From assembly GCA_963676835.2 (NCBI GenBank), contig CAXXFF010000001.1:416001-480000 (forward strand): a stretch of DNA of 64,000 bases, written 5' to 3'. The position numbers and the translations under genes were made by a program. Origin of the DNA: Marispirochaeta sp. (GTDB lineage Bacteria > Spirochaetota > Spirochaetia > JC444 > Marispirochaetaceae). Under the pieces are notes generated by a model that ran no database searches, was not told where the DNA came from, and saw nothing but the letters and a program-made list of their open reading frames with translations. Shown piece after piece: positions 39,355-48,503 of this stretch (the first letter of the stretch is position 1; each line of letters begins with the position of its first letter).

Positions 39355-40799
39355 TGATTCCCCAAAGCCTGAACCAGCTCATTCTTCAACTCAGCCTGAA
39401 TACTCTTCAACTCTTCAGAAATTTTCAGAAAATCAGCCAGTAACTCTTCAGGATCACCATGATCAACCTCGACCTGATGGGGATTCTTGTAATCCAGGTT
39501 ATAGTTATTCTCAGCAATATCTTTAGCACTAACCTTCCAGGCATATTCCGTAACCTTCCGCTTCTTCCACCAGCTCTTTTCCAGATTAAATTCCTGAATC
39601 GTAAGAGGCTTACTCTTGGAATATGACTTATACCCATTCGGATAAGGATGCTCAAAAAACCAGACATCCTTGGTCGGCCCGCCCTTGGTAAAGAACAGAA
39701 GATTCGTGTTGATACCCGTATAGGGATTAAAAACCCCCTTCGGCAGCCGGACAATAGTATGCAGGTTAAACTCTTCGAGCAGCTCCCGCTTAAGAGTAGT
39801 CTTAACCCCTTCCCCGAAAAGAAAGCCGTCAGGCAGAACAATAGCTCCCCGACCGGTATTGTGCTTTAACAGATGCATAATCAGAGCCATGAACAGATCG
39901 GCGGTTTCCCTGGTCTGATACTTCTTCAGGGTATTCTTCTCTATGCCGTCCTCTTCCATCCCCCCGAAAGGAGGATTAGTAATAATAATATCTACCCGGT
40001 CTTTGGGACCGTAATCCTTCAAAGGTCGGCTCAGGGTATTATCGTGCCGGATGTTTTTGGGCAGATCGATTCCGTGGAGCATCAAGTTAGTAATGGCCAG
40101 CATATGAGGTAAGGGCTTCTTCTCAACACCATGAATGGCTTTCTGAACCACCTTCCGGTCCTCGGAAGTCTTTTCCTGCTTCTTCAAATGTTCAATGGCG
40201 TTCACCAGAAAGCCGCCGGTACCACAGGCAGGGTCAAGAATGGATTCACCGATTTGCGGGTCTATTATATCAACAATAAACTGGGTTACCGCCCGGGGAG
40301 TATAGAACTCCCCTGCATTACCGGCAGACTGGAGATCGGAAAGGATTTTTTCATAGATATCATTAAAGGTATGCCTGTCTCCGGAAGTGTTAAAATCAAC
40401 ATCATCTTCAATAGAATTGATAACCTGGCGCAGCAGTGTTCCGGATTTCATATAGTTATAGGCATCTTCAAAAACACCGCCCACAATCTTCCCATGATCC
40501 GAAACACCAGCCTGGTTTGAGAGCTTTTTTAATGCGGGAAAAAGATCATTGTTCACAAAATAAATCAGTTCATCACCGGTCATACCTTCAGGATCTTTTG
40601 CCCAGGAGGACCAGCGAAAGCGGGATGCAACAGGAGATTTATACCCCGGATCCATGAGGATCCACTCCTTTTCCCGGTCGTCAAATATCTTCAGAAAGAT
40701 CAGCCACACCATCTGACTGATACGCTGGGCATCCCCATCGACACCAACATCTTTCCGCATAATATCCTGAATTGTCTTGATCAGCGTTGCAAGTGACAT
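39351..40799 (-). CDS. hsdM: Type I R-M m6A methyltransferase
   Basis: GEFYTPR, DPACGTGGFL, NPPF. Confidence 0.95.
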   Translation of the reverse strand: MSLATLIKTIQDIMRKDVGVDGDAQRISQMVWLIFLKIFDDREKEWILMDPGYKSPVASRFRWSSWAKDPEGMTGDELIYFVNNDLFPALKKLSNQAGVSDHGKIVGGVFEDAYNYMKSGTLLRQVINSIEDDVDFNTSGDRHTFNDIYEKILSDLQSAGNAGEFYTPRAVTQFIVDIIDPQIGESILDPACGTGGFLVNAIEHLKKQEKTSEDRKVVQKAIHGVEKKPLPHMLAITNLMLHGIDLPKNIRHDNTLSRPLKDYGPKDRVDIIITNPPFGGMEEDGIEKNTLKKYQTRETADLFMALIMHLLKHNTGRGAIVLPDGFLFGEGVKTTLKRELLEEFNLHTIVRLPKGVFNPYTGINTNLLFFTKGGPTKDVWFFEHPYPNGYKSYSKSKPLTIQEFNLEKSWWKKRKVTEYAWKVSAKDIAENNYNLDYKNPHQVEVDHGDPEELLADFLKISEELKSIQAELKNELVQALGNH

Positions 40800-40815
40800 C
40801 TAATAATTCTCCTGA

Positions 40816-43191
40816 TTATGCACCGTACAGGGCTTCTTCCATTTCCTGAAGCGCCTCATGATACCGTTCTATTGAACCGAAGTGTTTAATTATCTCCATA
40901 GGAGTTCCGAACTCCGGAAAAGGAGCAATAGTTAAAATCTGAGGTTCTTCAATGGGTTCAATACCCTCATCTGCGTATTTATCCAGCAAAGCAAATAAAA
41001 CAGCTTTGGCCTGCTCCCCGTATCGGGTGAAGTAATCCCGCTTTTTAACATTCTCCGCCCGCTCTTTCCGGGTAAGCGGAGGCTGGTCCCAGGCAACATG
41101 ACAGATAAGATCAAAGGCATCAAAGTCTTTGCCTATTTCCTCTTTTAGAGCGTCCAGAAATACACCCTGCTCTTCCAGTTCGGTAATAACCGCTTTCTTC
41201 CGTTCAGCACCCTTCCATTTGGAAAGGAAATCATCCAGGCTGGTGTATTCCTTGGTAATAGACTTCCTGGTGTAATCCTTCAGGGATTCGGTGATAAGCT
41301 TACCTTCAGCATCAAAATACTGTACCCGCTCTGCCACTACCGTAACAGGAACATCTTTTACATAGAACTTCTTCACACCGCCAGGATTATCATTCCCGCC
41401 GTCGCCGTCATGGTCCCAGTCGTCATTCCCATCATTAGAAGGTCCAGTCTCCCCTGCTATTCCATCTCCCGGTATCTCTTCATCGGGGTCATCCGGAATC
41501 ACAGGGCCGTCCGGATTCGGCTTGTATATTGAAACAGGATCACCGTCAAAATCAGGATCCGCGAAAAGCTCGGTCGCCTTCTTGAAATCCATAATGGTAA
41601 AGAAGAACTTACCGTAATCCTCGTTGATTCTGGTACCCCGCCCAATTATCTGCTTAAACTCCGTCATGGACTGTATACGCTGGTCCAGCACAATAAGTTT
41701 ACAGGTTTGGGCATCGACACCAGTGCTCATAAGCTTGGAAGTGGTGGCAATAACCGGATAGCGGGACTCGGGAAAGATGAAGTTATCAAGCTCCACCTTA
41801 CCCTCTTCATTATCACCGGTAATGCGCATGACATACTTGGAGTTTTCCCTGACCAGATCAGGGTTCTCATTCACTATGGCCTGACGCATTCTTTCAGCAT
41901 GATCGATGTTATCGCAGAAGATAATAGTCTTGCTGAACCGGTCGGTCTGGGTAAGGAACTCGGTTACTTTCTTTGCGACAAGCACCGTGCGTTCCTCAAG
42001 AACCAGGGTTCTGTCAAAATCCTTCTGATTGTAGATCCGGTCCTCAATCTCGTTCCCGTATTTGTCGGTCATTCCCTTCTCAGGGCGCCATCCTTCCAGG
42101 TCCTTATCAAGATCAATACGTATTACCTTGTAAGGAGCCAGAAATCCATCATTTATCCCGTCACGCAGAGAATAGGTGTAAATCGGGTCCCCGAAGTAAT
42201 CGATGTTGGAAACATCCTTGGTTTCTTTGGGGGTAGCCGTTAAACCAATCTGAGTTGCGCTGGAAAAGTATTTCAGGATCTCTTTCCAGTTTGAATCCTC
42301 CGCTGCACTGCCCCGATGACATTCGTCAACGACAATCAGGTCAAAGAAGTCGGGGGAAAACTGTTTATATATATTCTTTTCCTCTTCCGTGCCGGTTACA
42401 GCCTGATAGAGGGAAAGGTAGATTTCATAGGATTTATTAATCTGGCGCTTCTTGATCTTGGTCATGGCAGCACCAAAGGGCTTGAAATCGTTGGTCATGG
42501 TCTGATCAACCAAAATATTTCGGTCTGCCAGAAAAAGGATGCGTTTCTTTGCCCTGGATTTCCATAAACGCCAGATAATCTGAAAAGCGGTGAAGGTTTT
42601 ACCGGTACCAGTAGCCATAACAAGCAGAATCCGGTCCTGCCCGTTGGCAATGGCTTCAATAGTCTTGTTGATTGCTAAAAACTGGTAGTACCTGGGCTTT
42701 TTGTCACTGCCGTCGCTGTAGTAGTCCTGGGTAATAATACCCTCTTTTCCATCATCATAGCCCTTATCCAGGCGGATCAGGGACCATAATTCTTCCGGAT
42801 TTGGGAACTCATCCATGGAGAGTTCCTTCTCAATAATTCCGTCAGCTGCAAGCTTGTTATGAAAGAGAAAACCATCACCATTGGAGCTGAAAACAAAGGG
42901 AACCTGCAGCATTTCGGCATAGCCAAGTCCTTGCTGCATACCGTCCCCGATGGAGTGCTTGTTATCCTTGGCTTCGATAATGGCAATGGGGATATTGGGT
43001 TTATAGAACAGGACATAATCGGCGCGTTTGCTCGTGCCCCTGGAATGAAGCTGACCGCGAACAATAATACGACCCTTTGTAAGAGGGTATTCTTCAAGAA
43101 CCTGGGTTTCTATGTCCCACCCGGCGGATACCAGAGCCGGATTAATGAACTTTGTGCAGATATCCCGTTCTGATAACTTTGATTTATCCAT
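40816..43191 (-). CDS. hsdR: Type I restriction endonuclease subunit R (EcoAI/EcoEI-like)
   Basis: ADY...IEAK nuclease, [23 protein letters not shown]-terminal [19 protein letters not shown]. Confidence 0.95.
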   Translation of the reverse strand: MDKSKLSERDICTKFINPALVSAGWDIETQVLEEYPLTKGRIIVRGQLHSRGTSKRADYVLFYKPNIPIAIIEAKDNKHSIGDGMQQGLGYAEMLQVPFVFSSNGDGFLFHNKLAADGIIEKELSMDEFPNPEELWSLIRLDKGYDDGKEGIITQDYYSDGSDKKPRYYQFLAINKTIEAIANGQDRILLVMATGTGKTFTAFQIIWRLWKSRAKKRILFLADRNILVDQTMTNDFKPFGAAMTKIKKRQINKSYEIYLSLYQAVTGTEEEKNIYKQFSPDFFDLIVVDECHRGSAAEDSNWKEILKYFSSATQIGLTATPKETKDVSNIDYFGDPIYTYSLRDGINDGFLAPYKVIRIDLDKDLEGWRPEKGMTDKYGNEIEDRIYNQKDFDRTLVLEERTVLVAKKVTEFLTQTDRFSKTIIFCDNIDHAERMRQAIVNENPDLVRENSKYVMRITGDNEEGKVELDNFIFPESRYPVIATTSKLMSTGVDAQTCKLIVLDQRIQSMTEFKQIIGRGTRINEDYGKFFFTIMDFKKATELFADPDFDGDPVSIYKPNPDGPVIPDDPDEEIPGDGIAGETGPSNDGNDDWDHDGDGGNDNPGGVKKFYVKDVPVTVVAERVQYFDAEGKLITESLKDYTRKSITKEYTSLDDFLSKWKGAERKKAVITELEEQGVFLDALKEEIGKDFDAFDLICHVAWDQPPLTRKERAENVKKRDYFTRYGEQAKAVLFALLDKYADEGIEPIEEPQILTIAPFPEFGTPMEIIKHFGSIERYHEALQEMEEALYGA

Positions 43192-43367
43192 ATTTTGCCA
43201 GGAACTCCGGTTACTTGTGATGCGTTCATGTCAGTATACGGGAGGGGATAAAGGTTGGCAAGGAAAGAAAATGAGGTGGTTACCCCTATGCGATTTGATC
43301 AAAAGTGTATTTTGTTATAGAAAAGAATTGTTAAACAGAATGCAAATATAGTTTAAGAAGTAAATCT

Positions 43368-43643
43368 CTAGCTCTTATATAGGTCAGAATGAGTACCTAC
43401 CCTTTTTAACAAGATAAGATCATCTCTTTTCTCATAGACAATTACAATATCACCTTGAGCATGGCAATCCCAAATTTCTTTTGCATACCCTTTTAGTGGC
43501 TTGTTGATAAAATTATCTGGAAATGGAGGCCCCTTCCTTAATAAACCTACTGCCTCTTCAATATCTCGGATCCTGTTTTTATGTGATGCAAATTTTTTGA
43601 GATCAGCTTTAAATGTTCTTTGAGCCTTAACTTGCGGCATCAA
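43368..43643 (-). CDS. YafQ/RelE-family mRNA interferase toxin
   Basis: FKADLKK, PLKG, WDCH...D.VIVY, RVGTHSDLY. Confidence 0.85.
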   Translation of the reverse strand: MMPQVKAQRTFKADLKKFASHKNRIRDIEEAVGLLRKGPPFPDNFINKPLKGYAKEIWDCHAQGDIVIVYEKRDDLILLKRVGTHSDLYKS

Positions 43644-44410
43644 TCAGAGCAAACTGCTGCGAATAGTTCGTCGATAGAATCGTATTCATCATCTAAATCA
43701 TCTGATTCTATTGCTGCATTAGTCTCATCGGTGGGAACTGCCTTTACCAACTTTTCAATTTTTCTGAATTCCACATCTCCAAGAATATCATGAATATAAT
43801 GTACCTCTGCTTCGTTGACTCCATTACAAGCCCACCTATTGATGAAATCAACCAACATTACTGAGGGGAAATCAAATTTTATTGCTTTCATATCATCATA
43901 TCCAACATTCTTTTTTCTTGGCCCCATTTTCAAATCTATAGTTCTATTAGCTAGGAACGAGAGATTTATCCTCATATCTTTAATAAACCTATACTCTGTA
44001 CTCCCTAAATGAGCACTAGAAGCAGATGATAAAAATGAGAGAGGTTCTTTATGCAAGTTTGAGGGGTGATGAAACCATTCATCGTATAAATCAAACTGAA
44101 TATCCACGAGACCAAACTGGACAATACTAAACATACCTATATGATAGTGACTACTGACAAATAAATCCTTTTCGTATGCTTCCATACCTTCACGAAGTAT
44201 AGTTTGGAATTCGTCATATTTCCCTTCACTAAAAAAAAGCAAACCTAGAGCAACATATTCTTTGGGATTTAAAATCTGTCTGCTTTTTATCTCAAGAAGC
44301 TTATGTATATACCGCTTTAAACTAAATTCATCCAGTTCAGTTTTGCCAGTATACTTGAGAACCTGCAATATTTCATCTGCTATTTCCACTGGTGAAGGCT
44401 GAAATGACAT
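43640..44410 (-). CDS. Hypothetical 256-aa protein with RelB/DinJ-like antitoxin tail
   Basis: ATGA overlap with the toxin; C-terminus PTDETNAAIE...YDSIDELFAAV. Confidence 0.55.
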   Translation of the reverse strand: MSFQPSPVEIADEILQVLKYTGKTELDEFSLKRYIHKLLEIKSRQILNPKEYVALGLLFFSEGKYDEFQTILREGMEAYEKDLFVSSHYHIGMFSIVQFGLVDIQFDLYDEWFHHPSNLHKEPLSFLSSASSAHLGSTEYRFIKDMRINLSFLANRTIDLKMGPRKKNVGYDDMKAIKFDFPSVMLVDFINRWACNGVNEAEVHYIHDILGDVEFRKIEKLVKAVPTDETNAAIESDDLDDEYDSIDELFAAVCSD

Positions 44411-44606
44411 GACCTTTGCTCCTTAAAGTCCTTTACCAACATCGTCTAACTTCAAATTTAATATTATAGTACACCATATTCCAATAATATGATGTTCTTT
44501 TTTTATTACAATCAGGATGTGCATCCATTTATTTCAGACTAATTCTCTGCCATGAGATCCTATCTTATTATCGTCATCTTGCCTACCAGATTATAGACTC
44601 CGAATT

Positions 44607-44789
44607 TGTAGGAAGAAATATGCAAGAAAAACCCCTTATCCTCCCCTTAACGGGCTTTATCTTCCATGACAAAAGCATAGACACCAAATAGCTAAAGTGT
44701 TAATATAGATAAAGATAGATTGCATGTGGCAAGAGTGAAAAGCCCACTCGTAAAGCGTAGGTCGTGAGTTCAAATCTCACTTCTGGCTG
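44607..44789 (+). repeat. attR-like repeat copy A (arm region + tRNA-Thr 3' 42 bp)
   Basis: 44747-44788 is identical to the tRNA 3' end; the preceding ~140 bp is homologous to copy B. Confidence 0.9.
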
Positions 44790-44868
44790 TATAATTAATC
44801 CATGCAATAATTTGAACCATACCAATTAAGCCAGTTCTTCAATCGTGTTCTGTTGCCCAATAGTTATC

Positions 44869-44910
44869 TTGAAAAGACCCTCTGACGGCTATATACTTTG
44901 AATATATAGC
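44869..44910 (+). promoter_or_regulatory. vapBC sigma70 promoter with operator palindrome
   Basis: TTGAAA-N17-TATACT, overlapped by GCTATATA-N7-TATATAGC. Confidence 0.7.
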
Positions 44911-44926
44911 ACAAACGGAGGCTTCT

Positions 44927-45163
44927 ATGAATATAGGCTCAGTTTTTGAAAACAACCGCACACAAGCCGTCCGCCTGCCTGCAGACACCAGGTTTCCAAA
45001 GGAAATTAAAAAGGTCTCAGTTCGTGTTGTAGGCTTGTCCCGCATCATAGAACCCCTTGAGAACAGCTGGGACAGCTTCTTTAACACCGTAGATGAGGGT
45101 GTAAGCGAAGATTTCATGACCGAACGGGCATCACAGGTTCAGGCGGAACGGGAACAGTTTTAA
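44927..45163 (+). CDS. vapB: VapB antitoxin (AbrB/MazE fold)
   Basis: [14 protein letters not shown]...[13 protein letters not shown]...DFMTER. Confidence 0.92.
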   Translation: MNIGSVFENNRTQAVRLPADTRFPKEIKKVSVRVVGLSRIIEPLENSWDSFFNTVDEGVSEDFMTERASQVQAEREQF

Positions 45164-45164
45164 C

Positions 45165-45569
45165 ATGCTGAAATTCATGCTCGATACCAACATTGTTATC
45201 TATGTAATAAAACAACGGCCCAAAGAGTTACTTGAAACTTTTAATACATACACTGGATATATGTGTGTCAGTTCCATAACTCTGGCGTAATTGATTCACG
45301 GCGTTGAAAAAAGTGCTTATCCGGAAAAAAACCGGAGAAATGTAGAAGACTTTATCTCCCGCCTTGAAGTGTTAGCCTATGACGAAGCAGCTGCCGGCCA
45401 TTATGGTGAAATACGGGCTAACCTTGAGAGTAAAGGAACTCCTGTTGGGGTAAATGACCTGCATATTGCGGGGCACGCCAGGAGTCAGGGATTAATTCTT
45501 GTCACTAACAATATAAAAGAGTTTGAACGCGTCGAAGGCCTGCGTGTAATCGACTGGACTGATCGCTGA
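45165..45569 (+). pseudogene. vapC: VapC PIN toxin with in-frame TAA at codon 42
   Basis: MLKFMLDTNI...SSITLA*LIHGVEKS...DLHIAGHARSQGLILVTNNIKEFERV; TAA at 45288-45290 where Glu is expected. Confidence 0.88.
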
Positions 45570-45683
45570 TTTCGTAAAAAACAAGTTAAAAGATTAGTCG
45601 CCGATTTTCACTGGCATATTGCTGTAGATTTAGTGAAGAATATGCGTGAATTGAACAGAGTAAAAAGAGAATGCGATATTCAC

Positions 45684-45863
45684 TTACTGCCGGGTAAGTT
45701 TATCTTTGGGAAAATCATTAGTGATCTTATAAACTTTTCCACCATACGTAAAAGTGTTGTTCCCGTGTCTTACGTCCGGACTATTAATTGCCTTTGATGC
45801 ATCGCTTTCACGGTCAGCCATGGCATTACGTACAGGCTCAGCCATCGGTGCTTTCATAGACAT
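45684..45863 (-). CDS. Small hypothetical protein (59 aa)
   Basis: Manual translation MSMKAPMAEPVRNAM...FTYGGKVYKITNDFPKDKLTRQ*, preceded by AAGGGAG; too short for the ORF track. Confidence 0.45.
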   Translation of the reverse strand: MSMKAPMAEPVRNAMADRESDASKAINSPDVRHGNNTFTYGGKVYKITNDFPKDKLTRQ

Positions 45864-45961
45864 ACTCCCTTATTAGATACTTCAATTTATACCATTAAAC
45901 AGTAAACTTCGCAAGTTCAGGCTATAATTGTGTATTATACATCAATAATACTCATATAAAC

Positions 45962-46140
45962 TGTAAGAAGAAATATGCAAGCCCCCCCCCTTACTCTCCC
46001 CTAAACCGGCTTTTTCTGCCACAAAACCTATACAGCAAATTGCTAAAGTGTTACTAGAGAAAAAGATAGGGTGCATTTAATAAGAGTGAAAAGCCCTCTC
46101 GTAAACCCCAGGTCGTGAGTTCAAATCTTACTTCTGGCTG
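45962..46140 (+). repeat. attR-like repeat copy B (diverged)
   Basis: Aligns with 44607-44789; 46098-46139 is the tRNA 3' 42-mer with a few substitutions. Confidence 0.88.
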
Positions 46141-46461
46141 AAAATTGTTCTTTAAATTCTCTCCATGGTTATATGAAATGTCAGTTCCAAGGCCCATCAG
46201 ATTCCACGGATATACTGGAAATGTCTAAAAAGTAGATTTATAACTGCCGCAGTGCTAAAATAGTGTGATATAAGGGACCTCAAAAGTATGGCATTTTCAC
46301 CAGCTTTGATGATGACTTCATGGCGTAGGCGAACTAATATGAATACAGAAGGTGCAAGACTGCAGGTAACCATAACGCCCCGGAATTTAGAGAACTGAGT
46401 AATTTATCGAGCAGACCTATTTTGCTTCAGAGCCCGAAAGTGCTTGTACACAGGAGTAAAA

Positions 46462-47547
46462 ATGAGATTTTGCCCAAAACAAAAACAAACCCGGCTAACA
46501 GTTATCGGGTTCCTCCTCGTATTAACAATTTGTCAATGTTTAACAGGCTGTGAGTCCGGTGGTTCTGTCGGGGCAACAACAGCAAACATGCTGGGTTCTT
46601 CGGAAATCCTTTTTGTCTCCAATCGGGACACGGGAACAAGCAGGGCGGAAATTTACGGCATGGACAAGAACGGCGGAAACATCATTAGAATTACCAGTTC
46701 GGAATATCACCATTTCATTATGGGCGTCGATTCAACACGAAGGTTTCTTCTCTGTTCCCGTGCTGAAGCGGACACGAATTCCAACGGCGAGCTTGATGAT
46801 GGTGATCGCCGCTCTTTATGGGTAATCGATCTTGTGACGGAAGATGAGACCAGGTTGACAGATCCTGCAAATGAGGCAGAAGGAGACAGCTTTTCGCCGG
46901 ACGGTACCTGGGTCGTATTTTTTATGAAGATTTCCGGAAGTCCGAACAGCGATATCTATAAGATAAAGCGCGATGGAACGGAACTTACAAAACTGACTGA
47001 TACTTCTGCAGCAGTTGAATTTGATCCCTGCTGGTCCCATGACGGCGCCACAATAGTATTTACCTACATTGATGAAGCAACTCCTCGCCTGGTTCTCAAA
47101 ACCATGGATCCTGACGGAACCAATATTCAGACTATATATGACGGAGGTGCAGGAATCTCAATTCCCGGAGCTTTCGTGGATGGCAACTATGACCCTTCCT
47201 GGAGTTTTGACGATCAATGGATCGTCTTTGAACGGGCCGTTGAATATACAGTCGGGGATCCTGAAAATTTCGGCAGCGGAATCTGGCATGTCTTCAAGGT
47301 CCGTCCCGACGGCACCGGCATAAGCGACTTAAGCAGCGCAGGCGGACATGATGACCGGGCGGAGTTTTTACCCTCGTTTTCTCCTGACAATCAGCAGATA
47401 GTTTATGGATCGGTGTACCAGGCCGACCCCCTGGAAAACAGCCATAATGATATTTTTACCATGAATGCAGATGGAAGCAGTCCCATGCGTTTGACATCAG
47501 ACCCTGCCAATGATATGTATCCGATCTGGATCCCCGCTGAAGATTAA
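46462..47547 (+). CDS. TolB/PD40-type beta-propeller lipoprotein
   Basis: Lipobox LTGC; repeated FSPDG/WSHDG/FSPDN motifs; start set to ATG 46462. Confidence 0.82.
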   Translation: MRFCPKQKQTRLTVIGFLLVLTICQCLTGCESGGSVGATTANMLGSSEILFVSNRDTGTSRAEIYGMDKNGGNIIRITSSEYHHFIMGVDSTRRFLLCSRAEADTNSNGELDDGDRRSLWVIDLVTEDETRLTDPANEAEGDSFSPDGTWVVFFMKISGSPNSDIYKIKRDGTELTKLTDTSAAVEFDPCWSHDGATIVFTYIDEATPRLVLKTMDPDGTNIQTIYDGGAGISIPGAFVDGNYDPSWSFDDQWIVFERAVEYTVGDPENFGSGIWHVFKVRPDGTGISDLSSAGGHDDRAEFLPSFSPDNQQIVYGSVYQADPLENSHNDIFTMNADGSSPMRLTSDPANDMYPIWIPAED

Positions 47548-47638
47548 CAGACAGTAGTATACCTGATATCAAACCGTCACCCATTGTCAGATGTTCCGTC
47601 CATAGAGTCAGGTAAACTCCCTATCTCAATTCTCAACA

Positions 47639-47667
47639 TTGACAATTATCGCAATTTGCTATATATT
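47639..47667 (+). promoter_or_regulatory. higBA sigma70 promoter with operator palindrome
   Basis: TTGACA-N17-TATATT with TATCGCAA-T-TTGCTATA in the spacer and -10. Confidence 0.75.
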
Positions 47668-47703
47668 TTTTCTATTAACATTGTTCTATCAGGATTTGTA
47701 AAA

Positions 47704-48030
47704 GTGCATGTAGTTGCCGAAAGTACGCTGAGGGAGTTTGGAAAAGCTCATCCGGATGCTGTTGATTCTCTCCATAGCTGGTATTCGGCTATGGATAACA
47801 ACAATTTCAGAAGCTTTGCGGAACTTAAGCAGGTGTTCCCATCGGCGGACAAAGATAAAGACGGATTTGTATTTACCTATTTCGACATAAAAGGGAATAC
47901 ATATCGAATAAGCGCAATAATCAGATATAATAAGGGGCGCGTGTTCATACACGATGTATGTACCCACGCTGAATACAGTAAGACCTGGGCAAATCTGAAA
48001 TGGAAAACCAGGAACTTCCGAAGGGCATAA
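47704..48030 (+). CDS. higB: HigB toxin
   Basis: GTG start: VHVVAESTLREF...SFAELKQVFPSAD...FDIKGNTYR...THAEY. Confidence 0.88.
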   Translation: MHVVAESTLREFGKAHPDAVDSLHSWYSAMDNNNFRSFAELKQVFPSADKDKDGFVFTYFDIKGNTYRISAIIRYNKGRVFIHDVCTHAEYSKTWANLKWKTRNFRRA

Positions 48031-48032
48031 TC

Positions 48033-48464
48033 ATGAGTAATCAAACGGCCAAAATCCCCTCTTTAGGGAACATCCCCACTGCTTTTATGAAAAAGTTAAG
48101 CTCCCTGATATTCATACCTGAAACACGGGAGGAGTATGATCTACTGTCACAACGGGCAGCACAATGGGATCTTGAGATCAACGAGGATGCCGAGCATCCA
48201 CTGTATGCTCTCAATGAGATATTGGTTGGTATTCTTAGACTGTCAAAAGACCGATTTCTGCCTTTTGAAGGAGAAAAACAAACGCCGGAGAAAGTCCTTC
48301 AGTTTCTTATGGATCAACATGGGTTAAAGCAGGGGGATCTTAAAGAAATTATGCCCCAGAGCGTAGTATCCGAGATATTTCATGGAAAACGTAAACTAAA
48401 CAGAGGTCAAATTGAAAAACTGGCCAAAAAATTCGAAATATCGCCGGCAACTTTTTTCCAGTAA
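48033..48464 (+). CDS. higA: HigA antitoxin (HTH)
   Basis: LQFLMDQHGLKQGDL...QSVVSEIFHGKRKLN...LAKKF. Confidence 0.88.
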   Translation: MSNQTAKIPSLGNIPTAFMKKLSSLIFIPETREEYDLLSQRAAQWDLEINEDAEHPLYALNEILVGILRLSKDRFLPFEGEKQTPEKVLQFLMDQHGLKQGDLKEIMPQSVVSEIFHGKRKLNRGQIEKLAKKFEISPATFFQ

Positions 48465-48503
48465 ATTTTTGTGAATTATTGGACTACTTTCTGATGTCCA
48501 CTT

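Larger units (their letters stand above)
33369..44788. mobile_element. tRNA-Thr-integrated defence island 1 (no integrase seen)
   Basis: Bounded by an exact 42-bp direct repeat (33369-33410 = 44747-44788); partly AT-rich; R-M and toxin cargo. Confidence 0.85.
44789..46139. mobile_element. Mini-island 2 between att-like copies A and B
   Basis: 1.35 kb carrying vapB, pseudo-vapC and a small ORF, bounded by tRNA-Thr 3' repeats. Confidence 0.75.

Noticed and set aside
45288..45290. Stop-codon reassignment or readthrough in vapC
   Set aside because: TAA terminates many intact genes in this window; a point mutation or sequence error is simpler.
45291..45569. 92-aa ORF as a stand-alone vapC
   Set aside because: It lacks the N-terminal DTN motif and is the 3' part of the interrupted gene.
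44747..46139. Additional tRNA-Thr genes at 44747 and 46098
   Set aside because: Only the 3' half is present, with no D-arm or 5' acceptor strand; these are att-type duplications.
33411..48464. Classical integron or IS elements
   Set aside because: No IntI, attC-like hairpins or transposase motifs were recognised.
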